Position numbers and translations under genes: made by a program. A DNA stretch of 64,000 bases from positions 140,646-204,645 of the forward strand of contig JAJDAN010000011.1 in assembly GCA_029261855.1 (NCBI GenBank), read 5' to 3'. Under the pieces are notes generated by a model. The model saw only the letters and a list, made by a program, of their open reading frames with translations, did no database searches and was not told the DNA's origin. Shown piece after piece: positions 47,866 to 56,671 of this stretch. How positions within the stretch are numbered: position 1 is the first letter of the stretch; every line of letters begins with the position of its first letter. This stretch comes from Deltaproteobacteria bacterium (GTDB lineage Bacteria; Myxococcota_A; UBA9160; UBA4427).

Positions 47866-49446
47866 TCACCCGGACGAGGCGGCGTCCGTGGCCTCCGGCC
47901 GCTCGTCGTCCGGCTCCGCCTGCTCGGTCCTGGGCGCCACGCGTCCGAGCGCCGCGAGCAGTGCCTTCGCCTTGTCCAGGGTCTCCCTCCACTCGCCGAC
48001 GGGATCCGAGTCCGCCACCACCGCGCCGCCCACGTGCAAGCGCGCGCGCGCTTCCGCCACGACGAGAGTGCGAATCACGACCGACAGATCGAGCCCTCCC
48101 CGCACGTCCAGGTAGCCGAGCGCTCCTGCGTAGACGCCCCGGCGCACCGGCTCGAGGCGATCGATGATCTTCATGGCCGCGAGCTTGGGAGCGCCCGTCA
48201 TCGAGCCCGGTGGGAAGGTCGCGTGCAGGAGATCGAGGGCGTCGCAATCGCCGCGCAGTCGCCCAACGACCGTCGAGACCATCTGGTGCACCGTCGCGTA
48301 GGGCTCGACCGCCATCAGCTCGGGCACCGCGACGCTGCCGATCTGGCACACGCGCCCCAGGTCGTTGCGCACCAGGTCGACGATCATCAGGTTCTCGGCC
48401 CGGTCCTTCTCGCTGTCGCGCAGCGCCTGCTCGAGCCGGCGATCTTCTTCGGTGGTTCCGCCGCGCGGGCAGGTGCCCTTGATGGGCCGGCTCTCGACGC
48501 GACCATCCGGGTCGAGCCGCAGGAAGCGCTCGGGCGAGCTGCTGAGGATCGACGCCTCGGGAAGCTCGAGATAGGCGGCAAAGGGCGCCGGGTTGAGCTC
48601 GCGCAGGTCGGCGTAGAGACGCAGCGGATCCACCCCCGGAAGCGCCAGCTCCATGCGATGGGAGAGATTGGCCTGGTAGACGTTGCCGGCCTCGATCTCA
48701 CCCGCGATATCCAGCACGGCTTCGGCGTAGGACGCCTCGTCGAAGAGCGTCTCCAGGCCCTCGGGCGCCGGCGCCAGCAACGACGAAGCGACCGCCTCTC
48801 CATGAGAGCGCGCCCGCCGAACGGGCGGCACTTCCACCAGCCGGGCAGCGAGCGTCTCGCAGGCCTCCGCCGCCCGGGCGGCCGCAACGCTCTCCGCATT
48901 CGTGCCCGGGGCGTCGAAGCCAAGCCCGAGCACCCACGCCCGAGCCTCCAGGTGATCGATGGCGACCAGCGCGTCGACGAACAGCAGCACGAGGTCGGGA
49001 AGTCCGGCGTCGTCGGCAGCGGAGAGGGTGATGGGTTGCGTGCGCGTGCCGAGCTCGTAGCCGAAGTAGCCGACGGCTCCCCCGACGAAGGGAACCGGAC
49101 AGCGCGCCGCACCCCGGGTCAGCGACGGCGCGGGAGGGAGCAATGACCGGACCAGGGGCAGCGGATCGCCGAGTCGGGCCTCGGGACCGGGGGGCAGATC
49201 CGGGCGCACGCCTCTGCGGACGTCCAGCCGGCATTCGCCGCCGCGCGCGCGCAGGCACAGATACGGGTCCGCGCCAACGAACGAGAAGCGCCCGTGGCTC
49301 GCGTTCGGCAGCGCGCTATCGAGCAGCCAGGGGAGCCCGAGATCGCGGAGTACACGCACCACGGCAAGGGCATCCGGCACCTGCTTCAGCTCGCGAACAT
49401 GGAGCGCGGTGACGACCGGCGCAGGCTGGATCGGCGTTTCGTTCAT
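47866..49446 (-). CDS. pabB: Aminodeoxychorismate / anthranilate synthase component I
   Basis: ORF 47866..49446. Motifs FPPGSMTGAPKLAAMKIIDRLE, RGVYAGALGY and SVVIRT. Confidence 0.8.
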   Translation of the reverse strand: MNETPIQPAPVVTALHVRELKQVPDALAVVRVLRDLGLPWLLDSALPNASHGRFSFVGADPYLCLRARGGECRLDVRRGVRPDLPPGPEARLGDPLPLVRSLLPPAPSLTRGAARCPVPFVGGAVGYFGYELGTRTQPITLSAADDAGLPDLVLLFVDALVAIDHLEARAWVLGLGFDAPGTNAESVAAARAAEACETLAARLVEVPPVRRARSHGEAVASSLLAPAPEGLETLFDEASYAEAVLDIAGEIEAGNVYQANLSHRMELALPGVDPLRLYADLRELNPAPFAAYLELPEASILSSSPERFLRLDPDGRVESRPIKGTCPRGGTTEEDRRLEQALRDSEKDRAENLMIVDLVRNDLGRVCQIGSVAVPELMAVEPYATVHQMVSTVVGRLRGDCDALDLLHATFPPGSMTGAPKLAAMKIIDRLEPVRRGVYAGALGYLDVRGGLDLSVVIRTLVVAEARARLHVGGAVVADSDPVGEWRETLDKAKALLAALGRVAPRTEQAEPDDERPEATDAASSG

Positions 49447-49521
49447 CTCGGGACCCGGAGAGGAACGCGCAAGCTACCGCAGACGCATGCCCCGCCCCAT
49501 TTTCCCCGGCGCCGTCGGGCC

Positions 49522-50466
49522 TCACACCTCGTTGCGGAGGGCCTCGCCTCGCACGTAGCGCGCGAGATTCTCGATGAAGATCTCGTCGGCGCGCGGTCCG
49601 TTGGACGGCGTGGTCCCGGAACTGTGCGGGGTGACGATGACATTCGGAAGCGTCCACAACGGGCTCTCCCCGGGCAGGGGCTCCACCTCGAAGACGTCGA
49701 GACCCGCGCCTCCGATCCCGCTCGACTGCAGGGCCTGCACGAGCGCGGCCTCGTCGACGAGCCCGCCGCGCCCGACGTTGATCACGATGGCGTCGGGCTT
49801 CATGGCCGCCAGCTCGGTCGCCCCCAGCAGGCCCTGGGTTTCGGGCCGGAGCGGCAGGGCGAGCACGACGGCGTCCGCGCCGGGCAGCAACGCGGGGAGC
49901 TCGTCCAGGCGGCGTGTTTCGCACGGCTCGTCGCCCTTCGGCGCGCGCCGCAGGCCGGTCACCCGCATCCCGAACGCCTGCCCGAGCCGCGCCACGGCGA
50001 GCCCGATCGGGCCCAGTCCCACGACGAGCAGCCGCCGCCCCTGGAGATCGACCACGGAGCGCGGGTTCCAGCGTCTCGCCGCCTGGTCCGAGAGCCAGCC
50101 GGGAAGGTCTCGAGACAACGCCAGGAGATACAGCATGACGGTCTGTGCGATGGGTACGGCGCCCGCGCCAGACGACGTGCTGATGCGAACACCCTGCTCG
50201 AGCATGCGCTGGAAGAAGCGGTCGTCGGTACCCGCCGAGAAGGTATGCAGCCAGCTCAGCCCCGGCGCCTCACGCAGGCTGCGGGCGAGCGGGCGCACGT
50301 TGTCGGGGAACAGGTCACCCGAGAAGTAGGCCGCCTCGACGGATTCGATGCCCGGCGTCGGGCCTTCGAGGTCGAGCACCAGGCGCAGGACGCCGGGCGC
50401 CGCTCGCTCGAGGGCGGCCGCCTGACGGCGTTCGACACCAGGACTGACCAGGAGGGATCCCTGCAC
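49522..50466 (-). CDS. D-isomer-specific 2-hydroxyacid dehydrogenase
   Basis: ORF 49522..50466 (GTG). NAD fold LLVVGLGPIGLAVARL. Also NVGRGGLVDE and TPHSSG. Confidence 0.85.
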   Translation of the reverse strand: MQGSLLVSPGVERRQAAALERAAPGVLRLVLDLEGPTPGIESVEAAYFSGDLFPDNVRPLARSLREAPGLSWLHTFSAGTDDRFFQRMLEQGVRISTSSGAGAVPIAQTVMLYLLALSRDLPGWLSDQAARRWNPRSVVDLQGRRLLVVGLGPIGLAVARLGQAFGMRVTGLRRAPKGDEPCETRRLDELPALLPGADAVVLALPLRPETQGLLGATELAAMKPDAIVINVGRGGLVDEAALVQALQSSGIGGAGLDVFEVEPLPGESPLWTLPNVIVTPHSSGTTPSNGPRADEIFIENLARYVRGEALRNEV

Positions 50467-50474
50467 GGCGGGGA

Positions 50475-50499
50475 AGCTAGCGGACGCAGTCCGCTAGCT
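50475..50499. other. Perfect 11-bp-stem hairpin in a divergent intergenic region
   Basis: agctagcggac-gca-gtccgctagct. Confidence 0.8.
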
Positions 50500-50525
50500 G
50501 GCCGAAACCGGAGTTCCGGCCTGCC

Positions 50526-50556
50526 GCGGGTGCGCGGCCTTCTGCCGCGCACCCGC
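50526..50556. other. Perfect 13-bp-stem hairpin in the same divergent intergenic region
   Basis: gcgggtgcgcggc-cttct-gccgcgcacccgc. Confidence 0.8.
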
Positions 50557-50591
50557 CTCGACCTGGGCGGGCGATCCAGTAGTCTCGCGGG

Positions 50592-51455
50592 GTGAATCGC
50601 GTCTGTTTCTACCACGCGGGTTGTCCCGACGGCTTCGGGGCCGCGTGGGCAACCCGTCGCGCCTGGGGGGACGACGCCCGCTACGTCCCTCGCCGTCACG
50701 AGCACCGGGTCGACCCGGAAGAGCTTCGCGACTGCCAGGTCGCCTTCGTCGACATCGCACCGGCGAACGACGAGTTGATCGCTCTCGCCCGAGTCGCCGA
50801 GCAGGTCATCGTCCTCGACCATCACGTGACGGCTCGCGACCGCTACTACAGCGAGCCCAAAGTCGTCAACGAGGTCGAGGACCTCGGTCACGAGGTCGTC
50901 TACGACATGGCGCGTTCCGGTGCGATGCTGGCGTGGGAGTACTTCAACCCCGAGCCGGCTCCTGCGCTGCTGCGCTACGTCCAGGACCAGGACCTGTGGA
51001 ACTGGGCGCTATCTGATTCGCGCGAGGTCAACGCCGCCCTCGCCGTCTACCCGCATGACTTCACGACCTGGGACGAACTCGCGCTGCGCGACGTCGCGGG
51101 CATCGCCGCCGAGGGGCGGCCGATCGTGCGATCCGACCAGGCCGAGGTCGAGCGCCGGGCGAAGTCCGCGCACGCCATGCTCGTGAATGGAGAGCTGATC
51201 GAGGCCGTGAACGCCACGACCGTTCGCAGCGCGATCGGGCACGCGCTGGCAGAACGGAAGACCTACGGGGTCGCCTGGGGTTGCGTCTACCGGGTCGACG
51301 CCGATCGCGTGCACGCCACCCTCTATTCCATCGGCGACGTCGACGTCGCGAGCGTCGCGAACGGCTACGGCGGCGGCGGCCACCGCAACGCCGCAGGCTT
51401 CAGCATGCCCCTCGAGCGTTGGCTCGAAGATCTCGTCAGGCCGGCTCGGCCCTAA
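50592..51455 (+). CDS. DHH/DHHA1 family phosphoesterase
   Basis: ORF 50592..51455 (GTG). Motifs HAGCPDGFGAAW, VIVLDHH and DHHA1 GGGGHRNAAGF. Confidence 0.8.
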   Translation: MNRVCFYHAGCPDGFGAAWATRRAWGDDARYVPRRHEHRVDPEELRDCQVAFVDIAPANDELIALARVAEQVIVLDHHVTARDRYYSEPKVVNEVEDLGHEVVYDMARSGAMLAWEYFNPEPAPALLRYVQDQDLWNWALSDSREVNAALAVYPHDFTTWDELALRDVAGIAAEGRPIVRSDQAEVERRAKSAHAMLVNGELIEAVNATTVRSAIGHALAERKTYGVAWGCVYRVDADRVHATLYSIGDVDVASVANGYGGGGHRNAAGFSMPLERWLEDLVRPARP

Positions 51456-51461
51456 GCGCGT

Positions 51462-51526
51462 GCGACCGGCGGGGAACCAGGAGCTGCGACCGTCGGGGAA
51501 CTAGCAGAGCGCGACCATCGGGGAAT
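51462..51526. repeat. Three copies of a 16-bp core at a 24-25-bp period, spanning the stop of the PAS-HATPase gene
   Basis: gcgaccggcggggaac (51462), gcgaccgtcggggaac (51486), gcgaccatcggggaat (51511). The stop codon lies at 51501-51503. Confidence 0.85.
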
Positions 51527-52448
51527 CGGGGCTCAGCCATCCCGAGTCTTCCGTCGCGTACGGGAAGAGCATCACCACCGAGGTGCCTTCCACCGGCGAG
51601 CTCTGCATCCGCAGCTCGCCACCCTGCTCGCGCAGCCAGGCTTCCGCCTCGGCATAGCGGATCGCCCTGCCGGAGTAGACCGTACTGAGAAACGGCTCGC
51701 TCACGCCGGTGTGATGAACCCCGTCCGGGTGGCCTCCCGAATCGTGGATCTCGAGGAACGCCCAGTGCCCGGGCGGAAGCTCGCGCGACAGGTCCCCGCC
51801 GTACAGCGGCCCCGAGCCGCTGCCCAGGATGCCCGTCCACGCGGTGATGGTCCCCCAGGCCTCACCCAGGCTCTCGATGCCGTGCGCGATCCTGCGGGCG
51901 ACCAGCGCTTCGATCTTCGCGACGTCGGCCAGGACCGGGGGAAGCCCGCGGTCGAGATCGAAGTCGAGCGCCGCGCGGTCCGTGAGACGACCGCGTTCAC
52001 GAAGTGCGACCCGGGTGACGAGCTCGCTCAAGTCGACCTCCGAGACGCGCGCACTCGACTCCGCGCGCCTGCGTTCGGTGACATCGGTCGCCGTCGCGAT
52101 GAAGTCGCTCACCTGGCCCGCCGCGTCGAAGAGCGGCTCGACGCGTAGCTGGATCCACAGCGCGCCTCGATTCGGGGGCGTCACCGCGAGTTCGATCTCG
52201 CACACCCGCCCCTCGCGAAAGCAGCGGGCGACGAAGTCCACCGCGCCCGCGTCGAGTTCGACCCCTTCCAGGAAGCCGTGGATCGGCTTCGCGACCGATT
52301 CGTCGAGGGCGTAGCCGGTCACCCGGGTCCAGGCGTCGTTCGCCCACTCGATGAAGCCGTCGCGGCTTCCGACCACGATGGCCCGTTCGCTGTGCTGAGC
52401 ACCCGACACGAGCTTGCGCAGGGTGGATTCAGGGACCCCGTAGGACAT
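51501..52448 (-). CDS. PAS domain protein with a HATPase-like C-terminal domain (no recognisable HisKA)
   Basis: ATG 52448 with GGAGG 7 nt upstream, in frame within ORF 51501..52487. PAS region GFIEWANDAWTRVTGY. C-terminal FLEIHDSGG...GGELRMQSSPVEGTSVVMLFP. Confidence 0.7.
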   Translation of the reverse strand: MSYGVPESTLRKLVSGAQHSERAIVVGSRDGFIEWANDAWTRVTGYALDESVAKPIHGFLEGVELDAGAVDFVARCFREGRVCEIELAVTPPNRGALWIQLRVEPLFDAAGQVSDFIATATDVTERRRAESSARVSEVDLSELVTRVALRERGRLTDRAALDFDLDRGLPPVLADVAKIEALVARRIAHGIESLGEAWGTITAWTGILGSGSGPLYGGDLSRELPPGHWAFLEIHDSGGHPDGVHHTGVSEPFLSTVYSGRAIRYAEAEAWLREQGGELRMQSSPVEGTSVVMLFPYATEDSGWLSPDSPMVALC

Positions 52449-52602
52449 CGATTGCCTCCGGCCAGGAATCTCGCGGTCTCGCTTCACGGGGGGGTTCCCG
52501 ATCCTACCGTGCCCTGCGCAGAGTGTGCGGCCAGATCAGACCCTCGCCCGGGATCCGATCAGCAGTATTCTCGTCCCGTCCCGTCAGCCCTGGAGAAAAC
52601 CC

Positions 52603-53616
52603 ATGCAGTACACCTACCTCGGACGCACGGGCATCAAGGTCTCTCGCATCTGCCTCGGCTGCATGAGCTACGGCTCGCCGAAATGGCGGCCCTGGGTGCT
52701 CGACGCTTCGGATGCCGAACCCTTCTTCCGACGGGCAGTCGAGGCCGGCATCAACTTCTTCGACACCGCCGACATGTACTCCATGGGCGCGAGCGAAGAA
52801 GTCACCGGCCGCTGGCTCCGCGAGTACGCGAATCTCGACGAGGTCGTGATCGCCACGAAAGTGTTCTTCCCCGAGAGCGACAAGCCCAACATGGGCGGGC
52901 TGTCGCGAAAGCACATCCAGCAGGCGTGCGACGCCAGCTTGAAGCGGCTGGGCGTCGAAACCATCGACCTCTACCAGATCCACCGACTCGACCCGCACAC
53001 GCCCATCGACGAGACCCTCGCGGCACTCGACGGCCTCGTCCGTCAGGGCAAGGTGCGGCACATCGGGGCGAGTTCCATGTACGCCTGGCAATTCATGAAG
53101 GCGCTCGCGACGTCGGACCAGAACGGCCTGGCGCGCTTCGCCACCATGCAGAACCACTACAACCTCGTGTACCGCGAAGAGGAACGCGAGATGCTGCCGC
53201 TGTGCGAGAACGAAGGGGTGGCGGTGATCCCATGGTCTCCGCTCGCGCGCGGCATGCTCGCCGGAACCCGAAAGCAACTGGGGGACAAGTCGACGGCGCG
53301 CAGCGAAAGCGACGGCATCGACCAGCATCTCTACGATCAGCCGTGCGATTGGGAGGTCGTCGAGGCCGTGAAGAAGGTCGCGGCGGCGCGCGGGGTGAAG
53401 CCCGCGCAGGTCGCACTCGCGTGGCTACTCGCGCGCCCGGCGGTAGCCGCACCGATCGTCGGCGCGACGAAGATCGCGCATCTCGACGACGCCATCGAAG
53501 CCGTGGACATCGCCCTCGAGGCGGAAGAGATCGCCGCCCTCGAAGCACCGTACCAGGCACACCCGATCCGAGGCCTGGCGCCCCCCGCGCCGGCCCTGTT
53601 CGGATCCCGGCACTAG
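52603..53616 (+). CDS. Aldo/keto reductase
   Basis: ATG 52603 with GGAG upstream, in frame within ORF 52525..53616. Sequence MQYTYLGRTGIKVSRICLGCMSYG. Also FFDTADMYS, DLYQIHRLD and HIGASS. Confidence 0.9.
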   Translation: MQYTYLGRTGIKVSRICLGCMSYGSPKWRPWVLDASDAEPFFRRAVEAGINFFDTADMYSMGASEEVTGRWLREYANLDEVVIATKVFFPESDKPNMGGLSRKHIQQACDASLKRLGVETIDLYQIHRLDPHTPIDETLAALDGLVRQGKVRHIGASSMYAWQFMKALATSDQNGLARFATMQNHYNLVYREEEREMLPLCENEGVAVIPWSPLARGMLAGTRKQLGDKSTARSESDGIDQHLYDQPCDWEVVEAVKKVAAARGVKPAQVALAWLLARPAVAAPIVGATKIAHLDDAIEAVDIALEAEEIAALEAPYQAHPIRGLAPPAPALFGSRH

Positions 53617-53663
53617 TCTTGGGGAAGCAGGCGACGACGCAAAGGTCGCCCGACTGCAGCTAG

Positions 53664-54374
53664 CTAGACGATCACGGACTCGAGTGTCAGAGCCATCTGG
53701 TAGAGCTTGAACTCGACCGAATCCGACACGGCTGCGGCCGCATAGCCGAGGTCGTCGGGAAGCTCGTCGAGCAGCACGATGCCCCGCACCTCTTCGCCGG
53801 ACTGACCCAGGTGTCGCCGCACCCAGCCCATCCGCTGCAGCAGGTCGCTGACGATGTCCTTCCCCTTCGAGTCGGGGATGCAGACCACGACCCAGCCGCC
53901 GGCGTCGTCACGGGCCAACACGTCGATGTCTCCCACAGCCGTCGAATAACCGACGCCGACGAGCTCTCCCTTTTCGCTGTAGACCTCGAGCCCATCCTCG
54001 ATCAGACCGGGCTGATCGATCAGCATCCGCCGCACGTCCGCGGGACGAATCGCAGAGGCGCCGCCACTGTGAGACGGCTCGGGCGGAGTCGCCGGGGGCG
54101 CGGGCTTCTGAGACGGAGCGGGACGCGCCTCGGCCGGCCGCGACTCGCGCCGTTCGGGCGGCGCCGCTGCCCGCTGGGAGCTTCCGGGGCCCGACAGGTC
54201 CGTGCCGCTGCTGTCGTCGTCCATGGACGACGACGGAGACAGGGGATACTGCTTCGAATCGTTGCCCGCCGAGCTGTCGCCCAGGGAACGGTTGCCGCCC
54301 GCCGCGCGTCGACCGCAGGTCGGGCAGCTCGTGTCACGGGGAGAGAGCTTCGTCTGGCAGGATTGGCAATACAT
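53664..54374 (-). CDS. Zinc-ribbon protein with a disordered linker and a NucS/DUF91-like C-terminal domain whose catalytic positions are substituted
   Basis: ORF 53664..54374. N-terminus MYCQSCQTKLSPRDTSCPTCG. Pro/Ser/Ala-rich linker. C-terminal GDIDVLARDDAGGWVVVCIPDSKGKDIVSDLLQRMGWVRRHL. Confidence 0.6.
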   Translation of the reverse strand: MYCQSCQTKLSPRDTSCPTCGRRAAGGNRSLGDSSAGNDSKQYPLSPSSSMDDDSSGTDLSGPGSSQRAAAPPERRESRPAEARPAPSQKPAPPATPPEPSHSGGASAIRPADVRRMLIDQPGLIEDGLEVYSEKGELVGVGYSTAVGDIDVLARDDAGGWVVVCIPDSKGKDIVSDLLQRMGWVRRHLGQSGEEVRGIVLLDELPDDLGYAAAAVSDSVEFKLYQMALTLESVIV

Positions 54375-54597
54375 GATTCGCCCCGAACATCCGGTGCCCG
54401 TGTTGGCCCCGGTCTCGCTGGCTCATCGGCGGAACGCGGTCCGGGGATGAGCGCGGCGACACGCTCCGGCGTGGGCAACCGCCGCCCTCCACGCACCCCC
54501 GCGAGCCCTATTTTCCTTTGGAAATCGAACCTTTGGCGTCCAACCCCGGATTCCGCTTCGCTATCGTGCGCCGCACCCGACGGAGCCACTCGACACC

Positions 54598-55434
54598 ATG
54601 GCCGACATTCCGAACACGCCCGAAGCCCCGCTTGAATCCCAGTCTGACCCCAAGCCCCGGAAGAACCCCATCCAGCGGCTGGTCGTCCATGCCTTCAAGC
54701 GCACCCTGAAGCGGGGGCTGCGGCCCGCCCTGAACCGGCTGCTCGTCCACTACTCCCAGGTCGGCGACCCGGTGGTGTTCGACAACGACACCTTCCCCTG
54801 GGTACGGCGGCTCGAGGCCGGATTCTCCGACATCCGCCAGGAGGCACTCACGCTCTACGACCTGCGCGACTGTCTGCCCACCTTCCACGAGGTTTCCCCC
54901 TACCAGAAACGGATCTCCAAGGGTGACAACTGGAAGACGGCCTGGTTGCACGGCTTCGGGCACGATTCGGAGGTCGCGCAGAGCCTGTGCCCGCGAACGA
55001 CTGCTCTGCTCGCGGAGGTCCCGGACCTGCAGACCGCGCTCTTCTCGATGTTGTCTCCCGGCACCCACATCCCGAAGCATCGCGGCGTCTACAAGGGCCT
55101 GATCAACTTCCACCTCGCCCTCGTGGTCCCCAAGGAAGCCGACCGGTGCCGGATGGCAGTCGGCGACGAGACCGTGTCCTGGCGCGAAGGTCACGCGTAC
55201 GTATTCGACGACACGAACCCGCACGAGGTGTGGAACGAGACCGGTGACGAGCGGATCGTGCTGATGCTGCAGTTCCATCGCCCGTTTCGCTCGCCGGGCC
55301 ATCAGCTCAGCAAGCTCTTCTTGTGGGTTCTCCAGATCACTCCGTACCTGCGAAAACCCCGGCAGAACGTGCTGGAATCCGACGAGCGACTCCGCAAGGT
55401 CGCGGAAGAGCGAGGACTCCTGAAGGCGACCTGA
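54598..55434 (+). CDS. Aspartyl/asparaginyl beta-hydroxylase family dioxygenase (LpxO/OlsC-like lipid hydroxylase)
   Basis: ORF 54598..55434. Motifs LSPGTHIPKHRGVYKGLINFHLAL and FDDTNPHEVWN. Confidence 0.8.
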   Translation: MADIPNTPEAPLESQSDPKPRKNPIQRLVVHAFKRTLKRGLRPALNRLLVHYSQVGDPVVFDNDTFPWVRRLEAGFSDIRQEALTLYDLRDCLPTFHEVSPYQKRISKGDNWKTAWLHGFGHDSEVAQSLCPRTTALLAEVPDLQTALFSMLSPGTHIPKHRGVYKGLINFHLALVVPKEADRCRMAVGDETVSWREGHAYVFDDTNPHEVWNETGDERIVLMLQFHRPFRSPGHQLSKLFLWVLQITPYLRKPRQNVLESDERLRKVAEERGLLKAT

Positions 55435-55445
55435 AGAGGAACTCC

Positions 55446-55748
55446 ATGTCCCGCACCCTCGCGTCCATTGCTTCCGCCGCCATCGTGATCGCGCTCTGCG
55501 CGGGTGCATCGACACTCGGCTGCCAGGAGGAAGGCCCGGGCGAGCGTCTCGGACGCGCCCTCGACGAGGCCGCGAGCGACGTGGCCGACGCCGTCGAGGA
55601 CGAGGTCGACGCGGCCATGGAGGCCGCCGAAGAGGCCGCGGAAGCCGCCTCGGAGCGCGTCCGCAAGGAGGCCGACGCCGCCGCCGAGAAGGCGCACGAT
55701 GCGATCGACGACGCCGTTCACGAAGCCCAGGAACGCACTCGCTCCTAG
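55446..55748 (+). CDS. Small acidic helical lipoprotein
   Basis: ATG 55446 with GAGGA upstream, in frame within ORF 55323..55748. Lipobox ASTLGC. Ala/Glu/Asp-rich helical remainder. Confidence 0.6.
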   Translation: MSRTLASIASAAIVIALCAGASTLGCQEEGPGERLGRALDEAASDVADAVEDEVDAAMEAAEEAAEAASERVRKEADAAAEKAHDAIDDAVHEAQERTRS

Positions 55749-55763
55749 CGAAGCAGCGGCCCG

Positions 55764-56177
55764 CTAGTCCGCGGATCCATCTCCGCCGGGCCACAGGGGC
55801 CAGCCCGGGTTTGCGTCGCCGCCGATCTGTCGCGCGCCGATCACGACGTCGTCGCGCGACACGTCGATCAAGATGCTGTCGAGCTCGGTCTGGAGGCTTC
55901 CGATCCGGAACGGCGACAGCAGGATCGAGACGCCGACACCGAGCCCCTGCGTCCGGGCGTGGCTGTAGATCAGCACCTGACTGCCGTCGCGTCGCTGGTG
56001 GACCGCATGGGGCGGCCCGACGGCGCGGTAGAGCTCGTCTCGGGTCGTGATCCCAGGCTCGACGGCGAAGCGGCTCGTCGGCATCCCCTGGTCGACGCTG
56101 GTACAGCCCGTAGCGGCGGCGACGAGCAGCCAGAGAAGCGCCGTGACGGACAGCGTACTGCGCGACCCGGCCGTCAT
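55764..56177 (-). CDS. BamE/SmpA-OmlA-like lipoprotein, paralogue 3
   Basis: ORF 55764..56177. Lipobox AATGC. Motifs VEPGITTRDELYRAVGPP, LIDVSRDDVV and C-terminal GWPLWPGGD. Confidence 0.65.
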   Translation of the reverse strand: MTAGSRSTLSVTALLWLLVAAATGCTSVDQGMPTSRFAVEPGITTRDELYRAVGPPHAVHQRRDGSQVLIYSHARTQGLGVGVSILLSPFRIGSLQTELDSILIDVSRDDVVIGARQIGGDANPGWPLWPGGDGSAD

Positions 56178-56668
56178 GGCAGGCTCACTCCCGGCACCGA
56201 GGTCGTCTGCACGCGCACCTTCCGCTCGTCGCCACTGCTCCAGGGTCGCCAGACGACCTGGGTCGTTCCCTTCGAGACCCGCTCGACCACGCCTGCGTCG
56301 TCGAACTCGATCACGAGCACGTAGCTCGGCTGGTCGTCACACCAACGGAATGGAATCAACGGAGCCACGGGCACCGGCGCGCCTTCGATGGGCGCAGCCG
56401 CGAGGAACGAGGTGCAGCGCATCTCGCGACTCACGTAGCGGAGGGTGCCGCTCGAAAGCTGGAACTCCTTCGGGTCGGCGGGCTGGAGAAGCGCGAGGGT
56501 GTCACTGGGAGCGGGCGGCCCCCAGGTCGTGATGACGTCCAGCAGGGTCGTCTCGCCGACGACGATGCGCGACGAGTCGAGGTCGCGGACGTGGGCGTTC
56601 GTCACCGTCTTCGAGTAGATGCATCCCGAGCACGCGAGCGCGAGCAGCAGTCCGGCGAGCCACCGCAT
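56174..56668 (-). CDS. BamE/SmpA-OmlA-like lipoprotein, paralogue 2
   Basis: ORF 56174..56668. Lipobox LACSGC. Motifs IVVGETTLLDVITTWGPP, VIEFDDAGVVERV and VWRPWSSGD. It has a 4-nt overlap with paralogue 3. Confidence 0.65.
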   Translation of the reverse strand: MRWLAGLLLALACSGCIYSKTVTNAHVRDLDSSRIVVGETTLLDVITTWGPPAPSDTLALLQPADPKEFQLSSGTLRYVSREMRCTSFLAAAPIEGAPVPVAPLIPFRWCDDQPSYVLVIEFDDAGVVERVSKGTTQVVWRPWSSGDERKVRVQTTSVPGVSLP

Positions 56669-56671
56669 CGG

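Noticed and set aside
55302-55721. A 139-aa minus-strand ORF (MNGVVDRIVRLLGGG...) and the other small ORFs antisense to the acidic lipoprotein gene.
   Set aside because: It mirrors the Ala/Glu/Asp-rich plus-strand gene, which has a proper SD, ATG and lipobox. It has no independent start signals.
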